From Bilabrum cf. latius (Eukaryota), in contig OZ237751.1 of assembly GCA_965178125.1 (NCBI GenBank), positions 620,001 through 684,000 of the forward strand: a stretch of 64,000 bases of DNA, given 5' to 3'. The notes beneath the pieces are model-generated. The model saw only the letters and a list, made by a program, of their open reading frames with translations. It ran no database searches and was not told the origin of the DNA. The position numbers and the translations under genes are program-made. This document shows, piece after piece, positions 63,001-64,000 of the stretch (the stretch's first letter is position 1; every line of letters starts with the position of its first letter).

Positions 63001-64000
63001 ATTCGGCTGTGTCATGGTCCCGAGAGATTCGCCAAAGTGGCTGTCTGATTTGAGCTCACTATGCACGAGCCCGCCCTCCAGGGCGCTAATTTTCTGGGCT
63101 GCTTTGCACGTTCCGTTACGGTGTAGCAACAACACCCACACAGCGCCTTGGTGAGACTTGCCATCGTTGTCAAGATACGCACCAACAGCCACGTCGGGCA
63201 CGCCATCCAGATCAACGTCACGCAGGCCTTGCACCGCCCTGCCAAACCGATCACCTTCATCCAGATGCAGCCCTGATCCGCTCGAGCCATCTGTCACGAA
63301 TTGGTGCGCTCGTACAACCGTGCCGGCAGCAGCAGGGCTAGTGGAAGGCGTAATCGAGGGAGTTGGGATGGTGGACGCTGTCGCCGATGGCGTGGGTGTT
63401 CTCGTGGGACTTACTGTGGGCGATGACGAAGCCGTGGGAGACGGGCTCGGGAAGACCGACTCCTGATCTACCGCGATGGTCAGCAGAGCAACTGCTCCAG
63501 AGGCACTACCGAATTGGCTATCGTAGTACGGGAGGCCGACAGCAACGACAGTCCCACAGTCGGGTGAGCTGTCATAGATGCGCCCAATAGCAGCCAAGGA
63601 GTGCCCAAACCACGCTTGCGATTGTATTCCCCCGCCTACAGTATCGCTAAGGGAGTCTCTGTCGTACCTCATGGCGGCAGCCATCGAACCGTTGCTGCTG
63701 TGGATCGAGAGCATGAACACCGCACCGTCGTCCACACCGCCCGTTCGGCTGAATCCAGAGGCACCCACAAGCACTTCTGGCGTATCATCGCCGTTAAGAT
63801 CACCCATGAACACCACAGAAGACCCAAACAAGTCAAAATTCTGCGCCAAATCTACCTCCATGCCGTTCAAGCCTGGGGCAATGACACTTGCATTGAGGAG
63901 CCGAACCCCGGCACCAGGGTCACTGGCATTGCCAGTGTGCCCCAGGGAGATCAGGACGACCGCCCCGCGGTTGACCCCGCCTATGGTGGATTCCTACGCT
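54051..64000 (-). CDS. Giant FG-GAP/integrin-alpha-like beta-propeller repeat surface protein (5' partial) with a frameshift at ~59213
   Basis: Many GDxDGDGxxDxxVGA motifs in ~1350-bp units separated by S/P/T linkers; TM (LVVGIVVFVSATALFVGLVFAGLWY) near 56000; long cytoplasmic tail; TAA at 54051. 64000-59216 and 59212-54051 are each a single frame if TAG=Gln. Confidence 0.85.
58738..59045. repeat. Coding micro/minisatellite: (GTGCTG)n interleaved with a 24-bp unit, encoding a TSTSTS-ATPTASY mucin-like linker
   Basis: Runs of gtgctg separated by gtatagctggccgtgggcgtggcg. Confidence 0.9.

Noticed and set aside
1-64000. Widespread pseudogenes explaining the in-frame stops
   Set aside because: Interruptions are all TAG, occur in an essential gene (RPB12) and fall at Gln positions; only one frameshift was seen.
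1-64000. tRNA (including tRNA-Gln CUA) or rRNA genes
   Set aside because: None recognised by eye in this window; a tRNAscan-SE run is needed to be sure.

Overview
Gene-dense, GC-rich eukaryotic (protist-like) nuclear DNA with short spliceosomal introns. Main result: the ORF track is fragmented because this genome appears to read UAG as glutamine while UAA and UGA remain stops (equivalent to translation table 15). In-frame TAGs fall at conserved Gln positions in RPB12, a mitochondrial carrier, an aldo-keto reductase and an IQ motif, and opposite a CAA in a paralogous internal repeat. With TAG read as Gln, all 15 gene ends I could trace are TAA or TGA, and the fragments merge into 16 genes: a >2600-aa unknown protein, RPB12, HisHF, a WW/IQ protein, an ankyrin protein, a TmcB-like protein, PLAC8, a GH33 sialidase, a secreted protein, GH125, a class II glutamine amidotransferase, an AKR, a type I membrane protein, an OAC1-like carrier, an unknown protein and a giant FG-GAP adhesin. 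Second result: 30080-37333 is a 7.25-kb element with perfect split direct repeats (A-BA...B, Ngaro/PAT/TOC1-type tyrosine-recombinase retroelement architecture). It has no gag/RT/YR genes and is filled with three hairpin-rich tandem arrays (~167, 85 and 166/167 bp periods). All calls were made by eye; no searches were run.
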